Source of the DNA: the human T2T-CHM13v2.0 reference genome, Homo sapiens
Strand: one strand, 5' to 3'
NCBI RefSeq assembly: GCF_009914755.1
Contig: NC_060947.1
Length of the DNA stretch: 64,000 nucleotides
Each line of letters opens with the position of its first letter. The first letter of the stretch is position 1. Below, piece by piece: positions 41,609 through 59,180 of the stretch. Both the position numbers and the translations under genes were made by a program. The notes under the pieces were generated by a model that was not told where the DNA came from, ran no database searches, and saw nothing but the letters and a program-made list of their open reading frames with translations.

Positions 41609-43944
41609 CAGGGGGTCTCAAAGTGCAGTCCAGTGCCCCCTGGAGGTCACTGAGCCCTTTGCATGAGATCTGATAGGTCAAAACTGTTTATAATATTAAG
41701 ATTTTATACACATGTTCACTGTGTTGAAATTTGCACTGATGGTGCAAAAGCAGTTGTGGCAATAAACTGTACTAGCAGCCTTTGCATTCTTCACTATTAC
41801 ATACACAGTAGAAAGAAAGAGAAAGAAGAGGAGGAGGGGCCAGTTTTGGTTAAGAATATCCTTTTCATGTGTCTTTTGGCTGCATAAATGTCTTCTTTTG
41901 AGAAGTGTCTGTTCATATCCTTTGCCCACTTTTTGATGGGGTTTTTTTTTTTTTTCTTGTAAATTTATTTGAGTTCATTGTAGATTCTGGATATTAGTCC
42001 TTTGTCAGATGAGTAGATTGCAAAAATTTTCTCCCATTCTGTAGAGATACCATCTCACACCAGTTAGAATGGTGATCATTAAAAAGTCAGGAAACAACAG
42101 GTGCTGGAGAGGATGTGGAGAAATAGGAATACTTTTATACTGTTGGTGGCACTGTAAACTAGTTCAACCATTGTGGAAGACAGTGTAGTGATTCCTCAGG
42201 GATCTAGAACTAGAAATACCATTTGACCCAGCAATCGCATTACTGGGTATAGACCCAAAGGATTATAAATCATGCTTCTGTAAAGACACAAGCACACATA
42301 TGTTTATTGTGGCACTATTCACAATAGCAAAGACTTGGAACCAAGCCAAATGTCCAACAATGATAGACTGGATTAAGAAAATGTGTCATATATACACCAT
42401 GGAATACTATGCAGCCATAAAAAATGATGAGTTCATGTCCTTTGTAGGGACATGGATGAAGCTGGAAGCAATCATTCTCAGCAAACTATCGCAAGGACAA
42501 AAAACCTAACACCACATGTTCTCACTCATGGGTGGGAGTTGAACGGTGAGAACACATGGACACGGGAAGGGGCACATCACACACCGGGGCCTGTTGTGGG
42601 GTGGGGGGAGGGGGGAGGGATAGCATTAGGAGATATACCTAATGTTAAATGATGAGTTAATGGGTGCAGCACACCAACATGGCACATGTATACATATGTA
42701 ACAAACCTGCACGTTGTGCACATGTACCCTAAATCTTGAAGTATAACAAAAAAATAAAAAATAAAAAATAAACATTTTTAAAACTGAAAAAAGAATAGCC
42801 TTGATGCAGCAGCTTAAACATGTTAATTTTATTAATTTTAGACCTGACCTTTGAATGCCTCTCTTAATATTGTATGTTACAAAGTGGGAAATACATATGA
42901 AGCCCATCTTCCTTCTGCATTTTGAAGTCTAAGGGCTACCTGGAGCAAAAGCACTTGTGTAATTGGGTTACGAACTAGTCAGTTTTTTCATGGAAATATA
43001 TTTTCACTTAAAAGAAAGTCTGACAGACACACTATGGCTACTCAGACTGAAGAATTTGTCAGAGGTTTTTTCTGAAAATGAGCAAACTGAACTTGTCATT
43101 ACCAGGAAAATAAATGATATGTTGTTGATGATATAAATTAACTTTTGAAATGAAAATTAGAATGTTGGTAAATTTTATCTGCCACCGTGAGCTTAACAGT
43201 TTCCCAATATATATGAGGACTTTTTTGATTAAATTAATGTTGATATTAATGAATGTGATTTTTTTTGTTATAACGAAATGTCAATATTTGGAAGGGCTGC
43301 TAAACTCCACGGGCCAGTATTTCCCAAATAACCAATGCATCATAGTACAAAATCAGATCTGTTCAAAGTAAAATAAAATGAATTCTAGTGCAACTGATTA
43401 TGAAAAATTTATCAATGTGGTTTCAAACCCTACATTGCAACTGACCCATAAAAAATTACCCATTGCTAAATTTTGGTTTAGTATTAAAGAAAATAATCCA
43501 CAATGTCCCCAAAATCATATTAAAAACTCTTTCCTATTCCATCTGCATATTTTTATCGGGCCAGATTTTTCTTCATATAGCTCAGGCAAATGCCATATTG
43601 TAACATGTTAAATGCAGAAGCAAATATGAGAATCTAGTTGCCTTCTATTAAGCCATACATTAAAGATACTTGAAGAAATGTAAAACAAAGCCACTCTTCT
43701 TACTAAATATTTTCAGGGAAAGTAAAGGTATTTTCCCTGAAAATATGTTATTTATATAAGCATGTAATGTGGTTTATTATTTGTATTCTAAAATGAATTT
43801 ATACATATTTTTAAGTTGTCTCAGATATAATTTCTATTATAATTAACATGTATAGATAAGCTCACAAACAAAAGTTCATTGGTGTCTTTGATAATTTTTA
43901 AGATTGGAAAGCAGTCTTGAGACCAAAGAGTTTGAGAGATACTG
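41609..43944. mobile_element. Charlie1a-like hAT DNA transposon, interrupted by L1
   Basis: TIRs cagggggtctcaaagt / agtttgagagatactg. 8-bp TSD gtttagac (41601-41608) / gtttagat (43945-43952). About 1.4 kb after removing the L1. Confidence 0.85.
41864..42790 (+). mobile_element. 5'-inverted (twin-primed) L1PA4/5-like insertion
   Basis: Antisense L1 41864-42044, then sense L1 from 42044 to a poly(A) at ~42771. TSD aagaatatcctt (41852-41863) / aagaatagcctt (42791-42802). Confidence 0.9.
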
Positions 43945-44289
43945 GTTTAGATTTTAAAAACCCATCAGTACTTTACCAAAATTCATCAAAGTCGAGCTCC
44001 GTTGGCCACAAAGAAGAGGATGAATGGCTGTTGAATAAGCAAGCGATAGTGTCTGCCACTCCTAGGTCTTTCCAGCAGTACTCTGAGATTTGTTTTCCCC
44101 GTGTTCACTCTTCTTTAGACTCTATCCCCACCCCTCTTCCCCATATATCAGCTGGAAAGGCTTCCTTACAACATAGTTTAGATTAAGCTACCAAGAACTG
44201 CTGAATAGCTATCCATTACATTTACAATCCAACTCAAATCCTTTGTAGTGGCCTAGAGGCCCTTTGTCATCTGACCATTGTCTGTGAGG

Positions 44290-44545
44290 CCATACTATGT
44301 TTTGGTTTAGAGTGTGTGCTCTGAAGTCAGACTACATGGATAAAAGTCTCAGCATCATTCTTTACAACTGAGTAACCTTATGCAAGTTACTCACACTCTT
44401 CATGTATTCTTTTCCTCATCTGTAAATGGGACTAATGATGATAATACTGAATTAATCAGTTTGCTATGAGTATCAATGGAGATAATCCATATTAAGTGCT
44501 TAAAAGAATTGCTGGTCCAAGTAAGCTCTCAGCCAATGTTAATTG
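44290..44545 (+). mobile_element. MIR SINE within L2
   Basis: 'gcaagttactcacactcttcatgtattcttttcctcatctgtaaatgggactaatg'. Confidence 0.75.
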
Positions 44546-45031
44546 CTGCCTGTGTCTCCAATATCATCTTATACCATCTTACACCACTCTCCCCTTGAGT
44601 TTCTGTTCTCTAACTAAGTGTAAGCATTACAAGTTCTTCCCTGTCCAGAAACTCTTCACATATTTTTCCCTTGACCCTAACAACCTTTCCACTGCCCTAC
44701 AGATAGCTAGTATCTTCTTCTTTCTGAGGGTGCAGCTGACATGCCAGTCCTTAGGGAAGCTTTTGCTGACCACGTATTCTCAATCAGATTTCTTCTCATC
44801 TCCTCCCCACCTCTCATGGTAACTCTATATTACAACAATCTGTTTCCCTCTACTACTAGGCATGATTTGTAATATTTATTGCTCTCTTATTTTTTATCTC
44901 CAGCATTGGACTGTAAGTGCCATGACAGCAAGGAATATACTTGTGTTCAGCCTGTTTCCTCAGTGCCTTGATCAGTGGCTATCATGTCATAGACACTCAA
45001 TAAATATGTGCTAAATTAATGCACAAATGGA
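44546..45031 (+). mobile_element. L2 3' end
   Basis: 'ggactgtaagtgccatgacagcaagg...atagacactcaataaatatgtg'. The (GAAT)n-like tail continues after the piggyBac at 46358. Confidence 0.7.
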
Positions 45032-45238
45032 TTAACCCATTTCACACCTGCCCTGAGAATACTTGCCAGTGGCACTTGTGCCTGCAACATTTACTCCTAG
45101 ATAACTCACAGGTAGACATCATTCTATTTAAAGCATTCTAGTTTTAGCAGTGATATTTCCATTTACAAAATATAGTGAATCTCAATAGCTGAAAATGTCA
45201 AATCGTATAAAAAGTAGCATTCCTACATGTGATGTTAA

Positions 45239-45862
<624 letters not shown>

Positions 45863-45863
<1 letters not shown>

Positions 45864-46153
45864 GCCGGGCATGGTGGCTCACACCTGTAATCCCAGCACT
45901 TTGGGAGGCCGAGGCAGGTGGATCACCTGAGGTCAGGAGTTCAAGACCAGCCCGACCAACATAGTGAAACCCTGTCTCTACTAAAAATACAAAAATTAGC
46001 CAGGCATGGTGGTGGGCCCCTTAGTCCCAGCTACTAAGGTGGCCGAGGCAGGAGAATCCCTTCAACCCTGGAGGCAGAAGTTACAGTGAGCGGAGATCGT
46101 ACCACTGCACTCAAGCCTGGGCAACAGAGTGAGACTACGTCCTAAAAAAAAAA
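45863..46153 (+). mobile_element. Alu (AluSx-like) inserted in the piggyBac element
   Basis: Full dimer starting ggccgggc at the transposase stop codon, with a short A tail. Confidence 0.95.
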
Positions 46154-47550
46154 TTCAGTATTGATCATCACTTATATTTCTGTTACATTAGGATTAGAGA
46201 CAAGTTCTGTTTAGAAATAACTCCAAGAACAGTTATTGTATTTTATCTTAACCTCGAAAATCAGTCAGGTTTTCTTCAGCCTCAAAAAGCATGTTTACAT
46301 AAAACGAAATGAGCACTGGCAGTGAGCTGCACTTTTTCTAAACAGAAAATGGGTTAACGAATGAATGGGTTGCCACAAGATGCAATCCACAGCCATAATT
46401 AGTTGGACTTGCTGGTGTCAAAAGTCCAATAAATTCAGGGAAAATATAATAAACATGCAATTAACAAAAATTACATGTAAAGTCTAAAGGTTAGCTACTG
46501 CCCATGAGAGGGCATAATGAAAATAAAAGCATGAACTACGACTACTTTCTCACTTCATTGAAATCATGTGTCATTTATATGTGAGTACCCGAGGGTGTTG
46601 ATGAAATTTTTTTTTTGGCTCATATGAGAATCAGGACATAAATAATTTAAATGTCTTGAAAATCTGAAATCTGAGCTCCTAGAATCTTCAACCTGAATGG
46701 AACCTTTACTATCATACAGTCTGATACTCTGATTTTACAGACAAAGTATTAAGTCCTAGAGACTTAATGTGACGTGTCCAAAAGAACACAACTGGAATTG
46801 AAATGTAGTCATCCTAAACTATAATCCAAGCTCGGAAATTCTCTCATCACTATCCCTGAGTAAATGCAAATTTTTGTGTAATGCCTACTAGAAGTCATTA
46901 TCAAGAAGGCAAATGTATTTGACCAAATATATTTTGGAATAAATGTTGAAATGGAAACATAATTTGTGGATTTGATAATTGATCACCTCTGCTGTGGAAG
47001 CTATATCTTTGCATACAGACCTAAAATATCGTAGTTTTGAAATGTGCATTGAGGGAAAGCTAAGGATTAGCCTGGTGGCATAAAATATGGGCAGCAGCTG
47101 GAGGTGAAGTTTCATGGAGTAAATCAGTTTTAACTTGTGAATTATTGTAATTGGAAAGTGATCTGGCAATAACTTAAATGTAAGCCTTTTAGGGATAAAA
47201 TGGAACATTTGCTTTGTGTTAAGAGTTTGTGCCTCAAATCAATATTTTGTAGGTAAATGGAGACTTCAGGATAACCGAATGAATCTTAGAAGAGTAAAAA
47301 GCTGTGCCTTCTTTCTCAATAAGTCAGTGTCTCAATTCTTAAACACTAAATCAGCACTGACTCTAGAAAACTATAGAAAATTGACATCCTGTGAACCTGA
47401 GTTAATCTGATAATGAGAGATGCATCTATGTATCTGTGTATAATTGACTGCATATATTTTATTCTACTTCAAGTTCTTAGCTCTATGCGTGTCTAATGAT
47501 TTTACTCCTTTAAGAGTAATTATAATTAGAATGAAGAAAGTATATGTAAA

Positions 47551-47803
47551 AAATTATTTTTAAAAAGCTGGACCTTACTGGTACTGTGAATGCTGATGCT
47601 TTTGGTTCTCGTCTATTCTATTGTTCTTCGATTCTATTACATTTTATTTTATGCCATGTTTTTGCATAAAATATTTTTTATAAAAAATAATTTTTTTAAA
47701 AAAGCACAGACGTTACCAGTACTGTGAATGCTAATGCTTTTGGTTCTTGTGTATTCTATTGTTCTTTGATTCTATTACATTTTATTATATGCCATGTTTT
47801 TGC
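47551..47803. repeat. Two-copy tandem duplication, period 138 bp
   Basis: 47581-47665 vs 47719-47803: 80/85 identical by manual alignment. Confidence 0.9.
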
Positions 47804-47871
47804 CCTCTATGGAAAAGGCTACGATTTTTAAATCAAAACTACACACATTGGGCAATCTCTTTTTACAAGAA

Positions 47872-48074
47872 TTTTATTTTTATTTTAAGTTCTGGGGTAC
47901 ATGTGCAGGATGTGCAGGTTTGTTACACAGGTAAATGTGTATCTTGGTGGTTTGCTGCATCTATCAACTCATCACCTCAGTATTAAGCCCAGCATACATT
48001 AGCTATTTTTCCTAATGCTCTTCCTCGCCCCACCCCACCCCACCAACAGGCTCCGGTGTGTGTTGTTCTCCTCT
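47872..48074 (-). mobile_element. L1PA8-10-like 3' end
   Basis: 'ttttaagttctggggtacatgtgcaggatgtgcaggtttgttacacagg...tattaagcccagcat'. Confidence 0.85.
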
Positions 48075-48119
48075 TTGATTTAAAAAAATGAGACTTAAAA
48101 AGTGAGAGATACAAAGAGA

Positions 48120-48290
48120 ATCTCTCACTTTTCAAGTCTCAGTTTTTTTGTTAAATCTGAAAAATGGGTTAATGATAGTATCACTTGCATTCAATGGGGC
48201 TATGATAAAGGTCTGATGAGATGATTTGCATAAGCATTGAGCACAATGCCTCATATGCAGAAGGCATCCAACACATGTAAACTTGTTTTC
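48120..48290 (+). mobile_element. MIR SINE
   Basis: 'tctcagtttt...atctgaaaaatgggttaatgatagtatc...gcattgagcacaatgcct'. Confidence 0.6.
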
Positions 48291-51200
48291 ACCGTTGGTT
48301 GTAGTATTACTAGATCATTGTCAGACTATTCAGTCACTGGCCATCTCTTCTTCCCTGCGTCCGTTGAGCAGAGTTCTGTGTATTCACGTATAGAAAAGGA
48401 GGCAGGAGAAACTTTCTTGGGCTCTTTTTATTGATGGAATATGTAGAAGGCAGAAAACAATCAGCTTTTTGTTTGAAGACAACTTGAAGGCTAAACTTTT
48501 CTTGCTTTTCTTTATAATGAATCAATGAAATCAAATTTATTTAAAAAGTTAATGTAAAAGGATACCAGCTTCTATTCTTTCTCACTTCATTTTTCATCTG
48601 GAAGTTTGAAGCTAAAATGATTTTGTGGATCTAACACATGATCAACACTAATGTTTAGTTAGCACAATCTATGGCTCTCTGCCAGGTTTCCAGGGTAGAT
48701 ATCAAATGAGAAGGAAAACGCTTTGCTTCTGTGACCAACGAAAATTTATTTTTAAAAGGATAAAGGTGAGAAATCCCCAAAGCTACTGCTGTGTCTAAAG
48801 TTTTGAATACTGAGAGCCTTGAATTAATAAAGATTCATATGAATAGCTTTATCGAGTACATCTTATTGAGTAAAATGTCTCCATAGGGCTAAGTTAAATT
48901 CTCCCTAAAACTTTCCTAGAGTAATAAAGAAAGCATTATTTTATACTTTCTTAGAGTAATAAAGAAAGTATAAAATCTGGTGTGGATTCTAGGTGATGTC
49001 TTATACTTGGGTGCAAGCTCCAAGTATGGGAGTAGAGAGACAAAGTTGGCTTATAGACTTCATATGAGGAAAAGGTTGCTTTTAAAAATTCAGGGTGTGA
49101 GTGAGAGAGGCAGAGAAGGGGGAAGGATGTGAAGGCACAGAAGGAAAATTGGATGAGAGACCTAAGAAAGCTTTCTTTTCTCGTTCAAGCATAGCAAAAT
49201 GCTGGGCGGGGCGGGGGGGTGGTGGTGGAAATATCACTTAGTACTTCCTACAAAAAATATAATAATGCTTTACCAAATATTTTATCCTTTCCAATGAGTG
49301 GCTAAATTTAAAAAAAAAAAAATCCTGAAGCTGACATTGCAAAATATGAGTATTGCTGAAGGAGTTCTGCTGGACCAGCAGTTTCGCTTTTCTAATCTTC
49401 ATCCTGGAAAAGTTCAACTGTAGTCTGGTCCTTCTTTGGTCTTGGAGGAATTTGAGTAAGGTGAGGGTGCAGAGAAGGGATGTTGAATTTTTTTTTTTGT
49501 TTTGTTTTTTAAACAGAAAATTAGTCAAACCTGCTTCTTGGCACCATATAAGATTTCAAAAGCCTACTTGATTTCCCGAATTACTCCATTAAAAATTAAC
49601 TCACCCAGTTTGTAGGAAGGTAAGCCTTATTCTAAGAGATGACTACCTCAATTCCATTATAAATCTTGTAAATATGTAGGCTGACAAAAGGAAATAAATA
49701 AACCATCATCTTTGGTGTTTTATTTCTTTCAGTTGTTTTTTATGTGATTCATTAAAGATTTTTTTAACTTTTTTTCCTCAGTTGAAAAATTACATGTATA
49801 AATCCTGACTTTAGAACGGCAGAAACATGCACAGCTGCTGGTTTAAGTTTACAAAATCACCAAACAAAACAAAACACAACTTGGCATAGAGCCATGTTTA
49901 AACCTTTTGTAACTGAATTTAATGAGGATGAAAGTTCAAATTCATTTTATACAGAAAAATAATTTTTTTCTAGTCCTATAGAAAAAATTCTAGTCAAATA
50001 ATTTTATTCTAGTCATGTAAACATATAAATTATTCTCTACATCATAATGAGAGAGCACATTATTCTTAATCTCATAAAACAGAAAGGAAGCTTGATACAT
50101 GTTTGTGAGAGCATATTGCCTTGACATAGGTATTTACTACTCATAAAACATTATTTTCATCTCATTGGTTTTTTATAATCTTGGAAGCCCTTTATTATTT
50201 TGTATTCTGGTAATCTCCAAATTTATTTTTATTAATTGGCTTTTTGTTGGTTTCTTTAATAATTAGAAAACAGTAAAATTCTCTCATAGAAGGCCTACTA
50301 GGTTGGCCAGTCTTTGGAAAGATGAACAAACAAACAAAAACTTACAAAGTTCTGTCTAAGGTTGTAAGTAAAAAGAAATGGGAGTGTCACATTTCTGAAT
50401 TATAACTTGTTCATAGGCTACAGCATTTTATATTTATTCATCTCAGCTGAGGCACCAACATCCAGTGTTCTTTTCAATTAGATTTTTCTGAAGCAATTAG
50501 GCTTCTTGCATCCATCTATCATGTTACAAGGTCTATGATCCAAATGTCCCAAACACATCTGAATAAAGAAAACTCGGTTTACTTTCATGTAAAGCGAGTG
50601 TTGGCAATGTGTGTCAGGCATAGAGGCCTAACAGAAATAATCACCTGATACAATTATAGATAAATGCACCTGCATTTATTTAATATACTTTCATAATAAG
50701 GCAGCCACCCTTTCCAAATCTCTAACAGGTACCGTCCAGTCACATAAAGAAAAAGTATATTAGGATGTGGAGTTCAAAGGCTTCTATGTACTTGCAAACC
50801 CTTGCAAACAGGGTCAGGGAGAGATTAAAGGTTGAGAATTTTCCCCAAAGAAATTGAATTTTAAATAGCAAAGGCAAATACTCATGGCAAATCTGAACTG
50901 TGATAAGCTACCAATAATTATTAGGTTCAATTGTGTAATGTCACCCCAAAACTTCAACTTTTATACCAAATTTTAGATGGACAAAGTTAAATACAACTGA
51001 AAATCGAATCAAAGTTGTTAGCTACAATAATAATCTGATTAGTAATTATATCAATTAGTTCAACATTTTTAAAATTTGCCTGTGTCTTTTATCGAATAAA
51101 TGTGTGCATACCTGTATTAGTTCATTCTCATGCTGCTAATAAAGATATGCCCGAGACTGGTAATTTATAAAGAAAAAAGTTTTAACTGACTCACAGTTCA

Positions 51201-53163
51201 GCATGGCTGGGGAGGTCTCAAGAAACTTCCAATCATGGAAGAAGCAGAAGCAAACACGTCCTTCTTCACATGGCAGCAGCAAGGAGAAGTACCCAGCAAA
51301 AGCGGGAAAAGCCCCTTATAAAACCATCAGATCTCATGAAGAACTCACTGACTGTCATGAGAACAGCAGCATGATTCAATTATTTCCACCCCCATGATTC
51401 AATTATTTCCACCTGGTCTCTTTCATGAAACATGGGGATTATGGGAACTACAATTCATGATGAGATTTGGGTGGGGACACAGCCAAAAAATATCATTCTG
51501 CCTCTGGCGCCTCCCAAATCTCATGTCCTCACAATTCAAAAGATAGTCATGCCCTTCCAACAGTCCCCAAAGTCTTATTCCAGCATTAACTCAAAAATCC
51601 AAGTCCAAAGTTTCATCTGAGACAAGGAAAGCCTCTTCTGCCTATGAGCCTATAAAATCAAAAGCGAGTTAGTTACTTCCTAGAAACAATGGGGGTACAG
51701 GCATTGGGTCAATACACCCATTCCAAATGGGAAAAATTGGCCAAAACCAATTCCAAAATCCAGTAAGTCCAATGTCCAATAGGGCAGTCATTAAACCTTA
51801 AAATTCCAAAATGATCTCTTTTGACTCCATGTCTCATATCCAGGTAATGCAGATACAAAATGAGGGCTCCCATGGCCTTGGGCAGCCCCACCCCTGTGGC
51901 TTTGCAAGGTACAGCCCCCCTCCAGCTGGCATTGAGTGTCTGTGGTTTTGCCAGGTGCACAGTGCAAGCTGTTGGTGGATGTACAATTCTGGGGTCCGAA
52001 GGAAGGTGGCCCTCTTCTCATAGCTCCATTAAGCAGTGCCCCAGTAGGGACTCTGTGTGGGAATCCAACCCCATATTTCCCTTCCACATTTTCCTAGCAG
52101 AGATTCTCCATGAGAGCTCTACCTCTAAAGCATCGCAGGACATCCGGGCATTTCCATACATCCTCTGAAATCTAGGCAGAGGTTCCCAAACCTCAATTCT
52201 TGACTTCTGCGCACCCGCAGGCTCAACACCGCATAAAAGCTGCCAAGGCTTGGGGCTTGCATCCTCTGGAGCCCTTCCTGAGCTGTACCTTCACCCCTTT
52301 TAACGATGACTGGAGTGCCTGGGACACAGGGCACCAAGTCCCTAGGCTGCACAGAGCAGGGTGGCCCTGGGTCCGGCCGATGAAGCCATGCTTTCCTCAT
52401 ATGCCTCAAGGCCTGTGATGGGAAGGGCTGTCTCAGAGGTCTCTGACACGCTGTGGAGACATTTTCCCCATTTTCTTGTTGATTAATATTCGGCTCCTTG
52501 TTACTTATGCAAATTGCTGCCATAGACTTGAATTTCTCCCCAGAAAATGGGTTTTTCTTTTCTATCGCATCATCAGACTGCAAGTTTTTAAAACTTTTAT
52601 GCTCTTCCTCCTCCTGAATGTTTTGCTGGTTAGAAATTTCTTCTGCCAGATCATCTCTCTCAAGTTCAAAGTTCAAGTTCAAAGTTCCTCAAATCTCAAG
52701 AACAGGTGCAAAATGCCTCCAGCCTCTTTGCAAAAGCATAACAAGAGTGACCTTTGCTTCAGTTACCAACAAGTTCCTCATCTCCATCTGAGACCACCTC
52801 AACCTGGACTTTATTGTCCATATCACTGCCAGCATTTTGGTCAAAGCCATTCAACAAGACTCTAGGGAGTTCCAAACTTTCCCACATCTTCCTGTCTACT
52901 TCTGAGACCTCCAAACCGTTCCAAACTCTGCCTGTTACCCAGTTCCAAAGTCGCTCCACATTGTTGGGTATCTTTTCAGCATCACCCCACTACCCAGTAC
53001 CAATTTACTGTATTAGTCCATTCCCATACTGCTATAAAGAAATGCCTGAGACTAGGTAATTTATAAAGGAAAAAGGTTTAATTGCTCACAGTTCCACAGG
53101 GCTGGGGAGGCCTCAGGAAACTTAAAATCATGGCAGAAGGGGAAGCAAACACGTTCTTCTCTA

Positions 53164-54972
<1,809 letters not shown>

Positions 54973-55035
54973 TATGATGTTAGCTGGTGATTTTGCTCGT
55001 TAGTTGATGTAGTTTCTTCCTAGCCTCAATGGTCT

Positions 55036-57594
<2,559 letters not shown>

Positions 57595-58839
57595 CAAGGA
57601 CAAAAAACCAAACACCGCATGTTCTCACTCATAGGTGGGAATTGAACAATGAGAACACATGGACACAGGAAGGGGAACATCACACTCTGGGGACTGTTGT
57701 GTGGTGGGGGGAGGGGGGAGGGATAGCTTTAGGAGATATACCTAATGCTAAATGACGAGTTAATGGGTGCAGCACACCGACATGGCACATGTATACATAT
57801 GTAACTAACCTGCGCATTGTGCACATGTACCCTAAAACATAAAGTATAATAATAATAAAATAAAATAAATTTAAAAAAACACCAGATCTCGTACGACTCG
57901 CACATTATTATGAGAACAGCATGGGGAAAACTTCCCCCATGATCCAAATATCTCAACCTGTTCCCTCCCATGACATGTGGGGTTATGGAAACTACAACTC
58001 AAGATGAGATTTTGGTGAGAACCCAGCCAAACCATATGAATACCGTAATCAACCCTTGCCTGGACTATGGTAAAAACCTTGCCTGCAGCTCCTGTGATGA
58101 TGAGAATCTATATTCGGAAAACATTCAACATATGACACTCTCCTAGTGGTAACCTTTTGACTCCTCATTGCCTTTATGATAGATTCCACACTCCCCTGTG
58201 TAGAGGTCAAAACATCTTATTTGTCTTTTGTCAACCTTTCCTACTTCTTCTTCATTACTCCCCTACCATAAGCATTTGCTTTATGGCAGTGTTTCTCTAT
58301 GTTAGGGTATTTTGGGTAGTTTCTGTAATTTGAGTAATTGAAGTTGTGGTTGTGCAGAATTTTTATCAGAGACTAAATGTTGATGGCTCCTCCCAGGAAT
58401 ATTGACAAAACAATTCCCCACAAATTTCTACATACCCACTATGTGGACAGTACAGCCTCAATGTGAGAATCACTGGGCACACATGGTCCACTGTTTTTAT
58501 CCTGAGAAGGTCTGTGGTTGTGCTACCTTCTGAGCTTGGGATGTGAATGCTTTCTACATTGTTGTCTAGTCTAGGTCTTAGTTTCCATATAAGACTTAAT
58601 AGTAGTCCCCTTCCTAAACCTGGTTCACAGTGGTCCATCATCATTCCTGTCATCCCTAACCACTGGTTTGGCACTTTTTAAAAAACTACTGGTTTGGCAC
58701 TTAGTCTGTTCCAGTGTATGGTGTTTTTCTTGTATATTAATGTCTTCCCTTCTCTATGAAACAGAGCTACTGGAGGGGAGGAGCCTTCTCTGAATTGCTA
58801 ACAAGTAGCACAATAACCTCTTAGCCTCCCTCATGTAGT

Positions 58840-59180
58840 GAGCTTTTTTATAACTCTCAGCCTTTCATGCACTATTACTACTCTCTGGAATATCCTTGGC
58901 TATCACTTTTACCTTCAAAACGCCTCCTCTTCCTCCAAGAGATAGCTCAGCTGTCACCTTTTTGGGGCAGTCTCCTCTGACCCCAGAACCCATGATGGGT
59001 CCTTCCATGTTTTCTTATGGCATAAGGCAAGTACTTCCATCTTAGCACTTGTCACAGTGTAATATACTTGCCTGGTAAAGCAAGTGTATCTCCTCAACTC
59101 TTTAGGGAACTCCTTGAGGATGAGTTTTTATGTAAATATGTTCCTCCAGTCTCTATCATACACCTGTCACACATGCTGCT
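58840..59180 (+). mobile_element. L2 3' fragment
   Basis: 'ctcctcttcctccaagagatagctcagctgtcacc...cttagcacttgtcacagtgtaat'. Approximate. Confidence 0.55.

Noticed and set aside
49204-49228. G-rich tract with GC boxes or G-quadruplex potential
   Set aside because: An isolated low-complexity run without a CpG island or other promoter evidence.
49340-49470. Exon-like stretch (plus-strand donor AAG|gtgagg; minus-strand peptide ...QIPPRPKKDQTTVELFQDED*)
   Set aside because: No convincing matching acceptor on either strand, and the peptide is not recognised.
52125-52682. 185-aa ORF and overlapping ORFs at 51.7-53.0 kb
   Set aside because: Remnants and alternative frames of the known THE1/MaLR internal ORF.
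58662-58702. 15-bp direct repeat actggtttggcactt (and similar 12-bp atatccaaagtg at ~25556/25586)
   Set aside because: Ordinary small slippage or repair duplications with no further structure.
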